Origin: Guillardia theta CCMP2712
Lineage: Eukaryota > Protista > Cryptophyta
DNA length: 64,000 nt
Assembly (NCBI RefSeq): GCF_000315625.1
Contig: NW_005434655.1
Span: 529,089 to 593,088, forward strand
Direction of reading: 5' to 3'
Part shown: positions 1 through 10,439 of the stretch, piece after piece
Position numbering within the stretch: position 1 is the stretch's first letter
Layout: each line of letters opens with the position of its first letter
Notes under the pieces: model-generated
Told to the model about the DNA's origin: nothing
Database searches by the model: none
The model's input: only the letters and a program-made list of their open reading frames with translations
Made by a program: the position numbers and the translations under genes

Positions 1-108
1 CCCCCACACCCCCCTCCCTGGTCAAGGGACCGACGCGACACGGGGGGGGGGGAGGTTTTTTATCTTTCACCCCCCCCAAGGGGGGGAGTAAAAAATCCCC
101 CCCCGCGG

Positions 109-718
109 GAGAAGAGCAGTCAGAGAGGGGGTAGGGGTGAGTAGAGGGGTAGGCAGATGTTGGAGAGAGGAGGGCGAAGGGGTGGGTGGAGGGTCGGCAG
201 GACCCGATCTGCATGCCCATCTCAGCGCTCAGGGCGGCAAGCAAGGGTTGCAGAATTTAGAGGGGGAGATTTTTGTGTTCATTCAAGCATTGCAGTGCAG
301 ACGCCTGCTGGTGAAGCCTGGGACAGCAGTTGCTTGAAGCGTCGTGATGTAGGAAAGGAGCAGAGGGTGTGTCGAGTAAACTTTTTCTACCCAGCCTTAC
401 ATCTCTTCGAACAGAGCCTCGCTCAGTCCGTTGTAGCCATCCGCTATTTCTATCAGCTGCAGTGAATGCTGTCCCTCAGACCAAGTGCCACTGCTTCGTA
501 TGATCTGCGCTCCTCTTCCACCACGCTCACAAAAGCTAACTCCCGGCAAATCAACACATTCGTCGGGCATTTCCTCAACACCTTGCTTGCCGCCCTGAGC
601 GCTGAGATGGGCATGCAGATCGGGTCCTCCCGACCCTCCACCCACCCCTTCGCCCTCCTCTCTCCAACACCTGCCTACCCCTCTACTCACCCCTACCCCC
701 TCTCTGACTGCTCTTCTC
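109..718. repeat. Long inverted repeat (~140-bp arms at ~109-250 and ~576-718, ~325-bp unique spacer); foldback/MITE-like
   Basis: Arm 1 gagaagagcagtcagagagggggtagggg...gcggcaagcaagg is the near-perfect reverse complement of ccttgcttgccgcc...cccctctctgactgctcttctc. The ORFs 137+ and 397- start with the same peptide. No target-site duplication seen. Confidence 0.9.
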
Positions 719-1183
719 CGTCCTCCCCGACCCTGACTCTCACCCCCTACCCCAAAGCTTTATGATCTCTCCACCACCACTCCCGTCCCTCCCTCGTCCC
801 TCCACCCCGACCCCCTTCGATGCTCGTCTACCCCCAGGCGCTTCGCCACCCCCACCCTCAGTTTCCCCCGCGTAGGGGTAAAAAAAAGAAGCAAAAAAGA
901 TCAAAGAAAGAAAGACTAAAAAAGATTAAAAAAAGGGACACGGCTTGGCGGGAGAATGGCCAGGGCCAGGGGAGACGCAGGGCGAACGAGGAGCAGGAGG
1001 AGCAGGGGGAAGTCAACGTTTCGCGACAGACGGTAATACGCCAACTGAGCGCTTTGCCGAGGTCAAAGAGTAACCGAGGAGAAGCGTGAAGGAGACGGGA
1101 GAGAGAGAGAGGAAGACGGAGGGAGGGCCACAGGGCCATGCTTGTCTCAGGTGCGCGCACGTCGAGCCGTCGAGGGTAGAGCG

Positions 1184-1884
1184 ATGAGCGACCACCCCAA
1201 GCGCGCAGAGTCTGTGACCGTCACTCCCAAGCGAGCAGGTGACGGGGCAAGAGTGTACGACGTGCAGCTCGACCTCACCATCATCGAGCCGCTGTTCCAC
1301 ATGCGACAGGAGGACGCCGCCAAGTTTCTGGTGAGCTCATGGTCGCCCCAGCGACTGCATGCGCTTGCGCTCAATGAGTGTCGCAGGGCATCTCCTTGAC
1401 GAGCCTCAAGAAGGCCTGTCGTATGCTCGGCATACAGCGATGGCCCTACGCTCGCCTGAGGAACGAGCGAGCGGGGGACTACTCTCGCCACATGAGCGGC
1501 GGCAGCGGCAATGGCGACAGCATGAGCGGCGACGGCGGGAGCCCAAGCGATGAAAACGGGCTAGACGAGGAAGCGGGAGCGACGAGTAGCAGCAGCAGGC
1601 TGCCCGACCAGCAGAACGCACACGCAGACCCTCCTGGGTCATCGTCAAGCTCGCAAGAAGCTCAGGCCGCCATGGCACACCCGAGCGGAGCGGAGGGGAG
1701 CAGCACATACATGTCGTCAAGCAGCAGGACCCCTCCCAGGCCGGGAGCCGACGGGAAGAGCAGCTCGCAAAGCCGGGGCGAGTCAGGGTCAGGGTCGCGG
1801 GAGTCAGCCGCTGAGTCCTCGCAATCGATCGATGCGAACTGGCTCGAGTGGTACTTGGCAGGCGAAGAACAAGAGTCACTGTGA
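1184..1884 (+). CDS. RWP-RK domain transcription factor, 2 exons (1184-1330, 1387-1884)
   Basis: Spliced product reads LFHMRQEDAAKFL|GISLTSLKKACRMLGIQRWPY, the RWP-RK consensus. 56-bp GT-AG intron 1331-1386. Confidence 0.92.
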
Positions 1885-2498
1885 AAGTAATCAAACACGA
1901 TAGAGTTGGATGCACAAGTCGCGCCATTGTAATGTTGTGTACATACAATCTGCACAAATCAGCTCAAATCCCCTCCTCGCCCGACCCCTCCTCCTGTCTG
2001 CCTATCGTCTCGACCTCACTGTTGCTCCTCTGTGTGGTCGCCCCTTCCAGCCAAGGCTTGGAGTCGTCCGCTGGTTGTGCTCTTACTCGCTCGCTTGCTA
2101 AGAGCTGCAGCCGTCCTTGCCACTGTGCCAGCGACGAGCATCAACCCGCTCATGCTCAGTCTGATCTGCCTTGCAGCAAGCACGGCTCCATCTAGGCGGC
2201 CCTCCTCCCGCTTAGAGTCCTGCTTCTGATCTCGTCTCGGGCTCATGCCGCTTTCTTCTCTTGTACCCATCCCCGCACGTCCTGTGGCCTCGCCTCTGAG
2301 CAGCCTCGCTCCCTCGTCCTCTGCCCCTGTCACTTGAGACGGCCTCCGCCCGTCATGCAGCATGCACGCACTCCCGTGAAGCCTCCTCCCCCTTTGATCC
2401 AGTACTGACGCCCCCGTCCGCCTCGTCTCCGCTCACTTGCCTCCTCTTGCCTCCTCCCCGGCCGCATGGCTCGACTCCCCCTCCCCCCCCCCCCCCTT

Positions 2499-3062
2499 NN
2501 NNNNNNNNNNNNNNNNNNNNNNNNNNNNNNNNNNNNNNNNNNNNNNNNNNNNNNNNNNNNNNNNNNNNNNNNNNNNNNNNNNNNNNNNNNNNNNNNNNNN
2601 NNNNNNNNNNNNNNNNNNNNNNNNNNNNNNNNNNNNNNNNNNNNNNNNNNNNNNNNNNNNNNNNNNNNNNNNNNNNNNNNNNNNNNNNNNNNNNNNNNNN
2701 NNNNNNNNNNNNNNNNNNNNNNNNNNNNNNNNNNNNNNNNNNNNNNNNNNNNNNNNNNNNNNNNNNNNNNNNNNNNNNNNNNNNNNNNNNNNNNNNNNNN
2801 NNNNNNNNNNNNNNNNNNNNNNNNNNNNNNNNNNNNNNNNNNNNNNNNNNNNNNNNNNNNNNNNNNNNNNNNNNNNNNNNNNNNNNNNNNNNNNNNNNNN
2901 NNNNNNNNNNNNNNNNNNNNNNNNNNNNNNNNNNNNNNNNNNNNNNNNNNNNNNNNNNNNNNNNNNNNNNNNNNNNNNNNNNNNNNNNNNNNNNNNNNNN
3001 NNNNNNNNNNNNNNNNNNNNNNNNNNNNNNNNNNNNNNNNNNNNNNNNNNNNNNNNNNNNNN
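2499..3062. other. Assembly gap (N run)
   Basis: Run of N. Confidence 1.
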
Positions 3063-5959
3063 TTGACGAGCCTTCCCCTCGATCCTCCTTCTCTCCGCTC
3101 TCCTCGCTGCTCTCCGGTCGTTCTCCGACCTTGTCGTCGCGTTTCCCAGCACTGGCCAAGCCTCCTGATCCTGCAGCTAACGCCCCCTCCTCGCTGCTGG
3201 TGTGCGGCCTGTCCGTCGACCATCAGCTACCATCGCGTCTTCGCTTACAAGCATCCTGTGCAGGAGCAGGGAAAGGCAGGAGAGCTCTCGAGGGTGGGGT
3301 GGTGTGAGGGGAAAGAAGGGGGTGCATCCTCCTCCCGACAAAGGATGTCGCTACGGACTCACCCCACCCCTGACAGACCCATCACCCCTACCCTCCTGGT
3401 CCCAGCACCTTACCCCCTCACTTCCCACATGCCACCACCCACCCACCCCTGCTCCTCCCCGGCCCCTTGCACCGCCCCTTTTCTCAATCGGAAAGATTCT
3501 CCAACCCCCACCCCCCACCCCCTCCGCTCACCCCTCCCTACCCCTTCTCCCTTCCATCGCTTTCCCCTTGTCCCTCCCTCCCCCCTCCCTCCGCCCCCTA
3601 CCTGCCCCCGCCCCCCCTACCGTGATGTCGTAGCCTCGGCTCTCCCCTGCCCGGTCTTGCCCTGGTCTTGTTCCCTGCCCTCGGAGGCTCCTCGCCCTCG
3701 ACCGGAGGCTCAGTATGCAGGCGTTTGCTGCCCTAGCGCGAGTCGCGTTTGCTTCGCCCTGAGGGAGGTGTCTTGCCGCTGCTGCCTCCTCCTCCGATGC
3801 TCCCAGCCGGCGTCTCAAGCTCCGTGCTTACCTTCTGCATGCCTGACGCCCTGCCTGCTTCGCCACAGCGCCAAGCGGAGGCCTTCCCTGGAGGCGTAGG
3901 GTCGCCTGCTTGTCGCGAGGGGCGGGGGTGTTTGGTTTGGTTCGAGATTCTAGCTTCCGCCTCCTGCAAAGGACATGCTCCCATGCGCGCGCGTGAGGCG
4001 AGGAGAAGGCACTGCTCCTCATGCTTCCTGCATGTCTGTCAGGTCAGGGCAAGAGGAAGCAGGATGCACCAGCAGCCACGGGACGAGGTCAGCCAAGGAT
4101 GGCTCGACGCCTGCGCGCGTATCGCACACTGAGAGCCACATGGCGGGGGCCACATGCTCCTGCTGCTCGTCGATGAGTGGGATGATGAAGCACATGCTTG
4201 CGCGCGGTCAGTCAGAGGCCTCAGTGCCATCATGCTCGGGCGAGTCGTCCCTTTCTCCGCAGGCTTCCAACCCTCTCCATGCCGACGCAAGCAGGAGCAC
4301 GTCGCCCCTCTCAGCGACATGCTTCCCCACATGTCTGTTCTCGCGCCATTCATACTTCTGATACCTCCAAGCAGCTGTCAGTGGGCGCTTCCATTTGCAG
4401 AGTGATCGCAGAGCAGGTGAGCATCTCACAAGAGACACAGGGTGTGAGGCTCATGACTTCATTCCGTTCTTCAATACAACTAGCATAGAATATCTTCCCC
4501 TGCCGATCACTCCCGCCGCCTCTCCTCCCCCCCTCCTCCAATGAAGCCTCTCCTGTCGTTTCTTGAGAGTCCCGGAGCCTTGATCCCTATTCCCCTTGCT
4601 TCCGCATCCCGAAGCAACAGCCGCCACTCTCTCCCGCATGTCAGTCAGACAAGCTGAGCCCGCAGGTCCTCGGGCTCAAGCGTCCAGCAATCCTAGACTT
4701 CAACTCAATCGTACACTATCCTTGCACTGTCCTTGCTCCCCTCGTCTCCGCTCCTGCTCTCTGCCTTTCCATCGACACCTGTTGTTTCCCTCGAAGAGGA
4801 TCACAAGCCCGGCACACTTCTCCCTTCCTCGCTGAAGCCTCTCATCATCTCTTCCGGTCATCCGGCACACATCACTTTCTCTCGCACTCCCGACCTCAAG
4901 CACTCCACGTCTCTCCATGCTATCGAGATGACCATGCGGCCTTGGCTGTCCGACATCGTCGTGCACATCCATGACCTGCCCCAAAGTACACGCTCCTGGG
5001 CTTCCTTGTATGTAGATCTCAAATGAAAAAATACTATCGCCTTTCTCCTTTCCCCTTCGCGCTCCCAACAATCACTCGACACTCATCCCAACCAAAACAG
5101 CTCCGACACACTCAAGCCTCTCCGCACTGCCTACCATGCGTCAGATATGACAGGAGCTGATCTACGTGCATCCGCAGGGTGTGGCTGCAGCTTCAGACGC
5201 TGCTCGCTCTCATACACGGCTGCTCACACTTCTCCTCTACCTCTAAACGCAAACAATTCTCCCCCGCTCCGAGCTTCACGCAACATGGGCATGAGCACAG
5301 AGCACATCAGAGGAGGAGGAAGGAGGGTGGAGGCTTGAGCAAGGCATGCAGAGAAGAGTCAGGCGCTCTGTGCTTGAGAGGCAAACAGCCCTCCCACATG
5401 TAGCAGCAGCAGCAGCAGCATCAGAGGAGCAGAGCATGCCAAGCAGCGAGTTGCAAGTTGCTGGATCCCCTGTGCAGAATTATGTTCCCCCGCTCTCCAC
5501 CCCTAGGGGTATATACCTACCCTACTAGAGGTGGTACACATAAAGCGTATGGCCTCACAAGTACGGGTACAGGTACAGGTACCACCCCCACGAGACCGAT
5601 GGGAGCCGTCTAGCCGAAATGTGCCTCCCTGTGGTCTCCCCGGGGCATATCACGAAAACTTGCCCCCGAGGGCTGCAGGGGTCAGGGGGTCAGACCTCTA
5701 GGGTTTTGCATTAGAGCCTCAGTCGAGACTTCGTAGACCTTATTCCCATTTTAGGGTTATGTCCATCTATTTCTCACCCCCACCTACTCTGACATGATGC
5801 CTCCGGCGCAATCAGGCACCCTTGCCATGACTCAGAGGAAGGGCGCTTAGGAAATGGAAGGGTCACCACCAGGTGGTGGTGACGGGGGAAGGGAAGGGGG
5901 TACTGGCATATCATTGTATGGGGGCCCGGCGAGACGGGGGGGGTGGAAGGCTGTAAGAA

Positions 5960-6170
5960 ACACCGGTGTGTTTGACTGATACACTGGTATATGGGGTAGG
6001 GTGAACCACCCGGACCCCGTCATGTGACCACTGGGGTAGGGACCGGTGTGTTCGATACCGAGTTCTCAGAGGTCGTGAAAGGGGTAGGGGGACACCGGTG
6101 TGTTTGACTGATAGACTGGTACATGGGGTAGGGTGGACCACCGACCCCATCATGTGACACCGGGGTACTG
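5960..6170. repeat. Imperfect direct repeat, ~133-bp period
   Basis: acaccggtgtgtttgactgata(c/g)actggta(t/c)atggggtagggtg...catgtgac at ~5960 and ~6093, with a partial third copy at ~6041. Confidence 0.85.
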
Positions 6171-6335
6171 GATAGTACCGGTATTTTTGATACCAAGTCC
6201 TGGTTATGAAGGGGGTAGCCGCTGTGGGCTTCGAGGGGTGGGTCATGGGGAGGGGTCCGAACGGAGGGTTTAAAGGGGGGTGGAGGGGTGGGGTAAAGTT
6301 CCAAAACGGAGAGTTGAAAGTTTGAAAGTTGATTT

Positions 6336-6522
6336 TGATTGGAAAATGATTGCAAAAGTATACGGTTACGACCGTTTCTGATACGTGCAACGGTACGAAA
6401 CGGGGAGTTTTGATTGGAAAATGATTATTGTTTCAAAAAGTTGATTGGAAAATGATTACTGCAAACTTTCGTTGATTGGAAAATGATTACTCCAAAAATT
6501 TGTTGATTGGAAATTGATGATT
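6336..6522. repeat. Five copies of TGATTGGAAA(A/T)TGAT (CCAAT on - strand), four at exact 31-bp spacing
   Basis: TGATTGG starts at 6336, 6411, 6442, 6473 and 6504. Confidence 0.9.
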
Positions 6523-7860
6523 GCCCGACGGTGACTGTACGGGCCCAGCCGACCGGCGGTCCGCGCGCCCGGCGGCCTGCCGGGCCCACCGGCGGTTATG
6601 TGACTGAGTCCGGCCACGCTGACGGTCGGGCCCGGCCCGGCCCGGGGCCCGCCGGGCTGGCCCGGGCGAGGCTGGCCTTCAAGTTACTCAAAGTGAAGTT
6701 AAACCAACGCCGGGCCTCAGCCGCTGAGCCGCTCGGAGCCCGCGCGGCACTGACTCCAGGGCCGGAGTCCCGGAGTCCGGGACTCGGACGCCCGGCCCGG
6801 CGGAGTCGCCGCGGACCGTGGCTCCGAGTCACTGAAAGCGAGCCTCTCCTCCGACCTTTCTGTAAGGCTCGAGTCTTACCCGTGGCACCGTCACGAGTCA
6901 GTCGGACCGTCTCGGTATCGGATCCCGGACGGCGGCTCCGGGAGCCGTCCGACGGGGAGTCCCCGGCCGCGGAGCCTTCCGGCGGGACCGGGCCGGGAGC
7001 CTCCGGCGAAGCCTCCGACTCCGGGCTCCGAGGTCCGACTCGTGACGTTCTCGCCGTGTGGCCCAGTGTGGCCCCGGCGGGTGTGCCGCGGTGCAGTGAC
7101 GGTGCGACCGTTCCGACAGGCACGGTCGGTCAGGGTCAAGCCTCCGGTCCTCGACTCTCCTGATGGTCCTTGTACTGATTCAAGTTTGACTAATTTTGAG
7201 TACTACCTAGAAGTTGAACTTGAACAGCCCGCCGCCGGAGTACGGTCGCCACTGCAACAAGGGACGCCCTACCCCCCGAGCCCCGCCTTGTGGGCCCGAA
7301 CGGTCGCAAAACGACTGGTGGGTCCTCAACTGAAAAGATGCACTTTCGGACGATGTGTCACATGGGAGGGTGGGTAGGGGGCTGCAACAAGGGACGGATC
7401 GCATCGGAATGGATTTCCGTGGGGGGCAATTTGTCTTCCTTCATTCTGTCAAAGCCAAAAATATTCGGTATCTCTATTGGGAATGATTCGAGAGTTCTGC
7501 CAATATTGACAAAGCGATTTGGTGACCTTGGTATTTCTGTTAGGACCTTTACCGAAATTGTACATTTGGTTCACCTCATTTTCCCGCCTCTAATTGCGAT
7601 CCCCACAGCAGCTCTCCCCTCCTTCTCCATCTGTCCGACTTGCTCGTTTCGTTTCTTCTCATCATATCTCTCTCTTTCTCCCTCTATATTCCTTGTACTG
7701 ATTCTCGCCTGCTCCATTCCCAGGGGTTCTGTCCTTCGAAGTTCTTGAAGTTGTCGAAATGACCTCTTACAGTCCGAATTAACAGACCCATCACGTGCTA
7801 ACTATCCCCATCTTTGAACCAGCAATATCTTGTATTGTCTATTGTATTCATCTTTCCTCG

Positions 7861-10012
7861 ATGAAACCCATCACTTCCTGGAAGGTTTTGCTCATCCAAC
7901 TGTTGCTTTTGGGACTTTGCAATGATACCTTTGCCTTCGGAAGCAGTTTGTCGATTACGACTGGTTTCCTTCATCCTTCACGTTTGGGTCTGAGAACAAG
8001 AAAGGATACGAGATCCGATGCTGCCAAGTTTATGTCTCAGTCGTGTAAGATACTATCTAAGATGAATGTTCCGAACCTGCAAATGATATCTGAAAAACAA
8101 CACAAGATCGGCATCCAAAACCTTGCCTCGACGATGTTTGCTGTTCAAGATAGAATTCTTACCTTCGGGGTGAGTCAGTCAAGTCAGGAGTCACCAATCG
8201 AAGAGTTGAAAGAGCAGTCAGTGCAGTATGAGAATTCAAAGCCATCAAAGACGGTCATTGTAGGTGTTGGTCCTGCTGGGCTCGCCACAGCAATCATGCT
8301 TGCAAGGTGACGTTGATCTGATCGCTCTCAACCTTACCTTTCCTGCTCAGACGTGGATGGTCCAACATCACTATCTTTGACAAGCTGCCTCGCCCTCCGC
8401 TGTCAGGCTCACAAGAATGGGGAGACCCAGAAAGGTCGTACAACATCGGATTGGACATCAAGGGTCAAAACGCACTCAAGACTCTGGAGGTGTGGGACCG
8501 AGTTGAGCAGCATTGTGCTGATGTAAAGGGGAGGATGGACTGGATCCCCGGCAGCAAAAATCCGCAGCGGGTTGATTTCATTCAAAAGTTTGGATACTCG
8601 ATCAAAGTGATTCAGCGAGACTGTCTGGCGGGTTGCTTGTTGGAAGAGATCCAGGACAAGTATGCTGACAAGATCTCCGTCCATTACAACGTTGAGTGTC
8701 AACAAGTGCAATGGAGCAAAAATGGTCATGCTCGGCTGACCATGTTGGACAAGACTTCAGTAGATCGAGGTTCTGAAACTCTGTGATGCCTGACCCGCCA
8801 TTGCTAACCATTCCTCGTGTACAGGCATCTTTGAGATCGAAACCCCTTTTCTAGTCGGTGCTGATGGAGCCAATTCAGCAGTCCGCAGTAATCTGGTCGA
8901 GTCTTCAAAGTTTGACCACGGAGAAGAGGTCGAGTATGTCAAGTATGAAGACGACAACGAAAGAGTCTATAAGACTATCTCCCTCGAGATCCCCGAGAAT
9001 TTTAGAGACGACCTTGATTATAGTGCAGTCTGCTTGGACGACATCATCATAGATGCATTGCCTCTGAAAGGACGTCGAGCCATCGCAGTAGTTTTGTTTC
9101 GGCCCAACAACCAGGTTGATGAAAAAATCGTTGCAGTGTGAAAGGCACTGACCTTGATCTTCAGAAAATTTTACAGGCGAAGACAGGGAAGGAAGTGCAT
9201 GATCTTTTCGCGAGTTACTTCCCAATGTTCTTGCCCTTCCTCACAGCCGAATCCTGTGACGCGTTTGCGCGCAAGCCAGTCCACAAGCTTCCAACCTTTC
9301 AGGTTGATGTTTTCTCTTGACTTGTATGAGCTGACAGGGTTCTATAGCACTGCGGGCCAGTCATCCATAGGAGCAACACTACTGTCATGCTGGGAGATGC
9401 CATTCACACAGTCAAGCCCTTCTTTGGCTTTGGAATCAACACTGCTCTCGACGACATCTTCTGGCTCGATCGGTGCCTGGACTCTCCGACCTTGAGACAG
9501 AGTCTGGTCCGGTTCTCTGAGAAACGAGGGCACGAGGCTGTTGCTATCGTCGAAATATCTCGGGCCTTGGACCGTCCTGGTCTTACGGGGTTGTGCAACT
9601 TCTTCTTGCCGATGCTGCTGGACAAGCTCTTCGAGGACCTGCTTCCTGGCGTGTTCGCCCCGAATCTTCTCACGTACCTGCGTGCTCCGGGAGTGAGGTG
9701 AGAGAGGCTATGGGGAGCTGAAGCAAGACTTTGACTGAATGCTCCTGCAGTTTCTGCGAAGCTAGAGTCCGGAAACGGATGGACCATGCTGCACAGTTGT
9801 CGTTGGTGACAGCACAGGCGAGAGCCAAGAAGGGAGACGATGACAGAGCCTTATGGATGTGGCAGGTTGCATGGGGAGCCTACGCGGCCAAGACTTATTC
9901 TCATCTCCTCGCGCTCAAGTCCCTGACGTCGCATGGATTCATGATGAAGTTTGCTTCGGCTTTCTTTATCTCTATGCAGGTAGCATTGTTTGTTGCGAAA
10001 CAAACGTTATGA
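7861..10012 (+). CDS. FAD-dependent monooxygenase, kynurenine 3-monooxygenase-like, with bipartite plastid-type presequence; multi-exon
   Basis: Motifs VGVGPAGLATA (GxGxxG), ERSYNIGL, LVGADGANSAVR and LGDAIHTVKPFFGFGIN. N-terminal hydrophobic signal ends TFA-F. Short GT-AG introns (e.g. 8307-8350). Confidence 0.85.
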
Positions 10013-10439
10013 CATCTCTGAAGGCCGTTCATACGTGGATGGTGTCGACGACTCTCTGAGGATACAACCGCGTCAGTCTGACGACGCGACGATAACCGAC
10101 GGGCTGAGAGACTCAAGCCGGGTTAAGTGTGATAATATCTAGCGTGATGGAAGTGTGTTCGATTGTATTTCTAGTAGATGAAGATGAAATAAGTACAATT
10201 ATTCTACCCACTCCCTTTGTTGGTGCTCCCTTTTCCTGTTACACGTTCCGACATTGAAAACCTTCGAAAGACAACCATCGCTCCTTCTTAGTAGCAAATT
10301 TGTTTTAAGTTTTTCCCCCGACATCGTGCCACACATGGAAGGCAATCGAATCTCGATACTTTTACTTCCCTCACCGCTCATATGTTTTCCTTCATATATC
10401 TACATATCTACACGAGATAATCTGTGCTGCCAGCTCCCC

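Larger units (their letters stand above)
5500..7400. promoter_or_regulatory. Intergenic motif island A: GGGGTA-rich tract (~5500-6300), CCAAT array, GC-rich palindromic module (~6525-7160)
   Basis: Many GGGGTA words, TTGATTGGAAAATGATT repeats, dense CCGG/GGCCCG/GAGTC/GTCAC words. No credible CDS. Regulatory role is inferred. Confidence 0.55.

Noticed and set aside
41-106. Imperfect G/T/C/G/A/C homopolymer hairpin at the window start
   Set aside because: Homopolymer-rich and looks like low-quality contig-edge sequence. Cannot be supported as biological.
2000-5450. Several 60-130 aa ORFs on both strands, including EVSQGWLDAC resembling the RWP-RK tail motif
   Set aside because: No consistent spliced model or domain could be built. 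Long ORFs here are artefacts of reading through the N gap.
6336-6522. Repeat-spacer pattern as a CRISPR array
   Set aside because: Repeats are ~17 bp and spacers ~14 bp, the context is eukaryotic, and there are no cas genes.
6507-7163. 218-aa and 175-aa Pro/Gly/Arg-rich ORFs, and similar ORFs at 26.2, 51.9 and 61.3 kb
   Set aside because: Stop-poor by-products of the GC-rich island modules, with no protein-like features.
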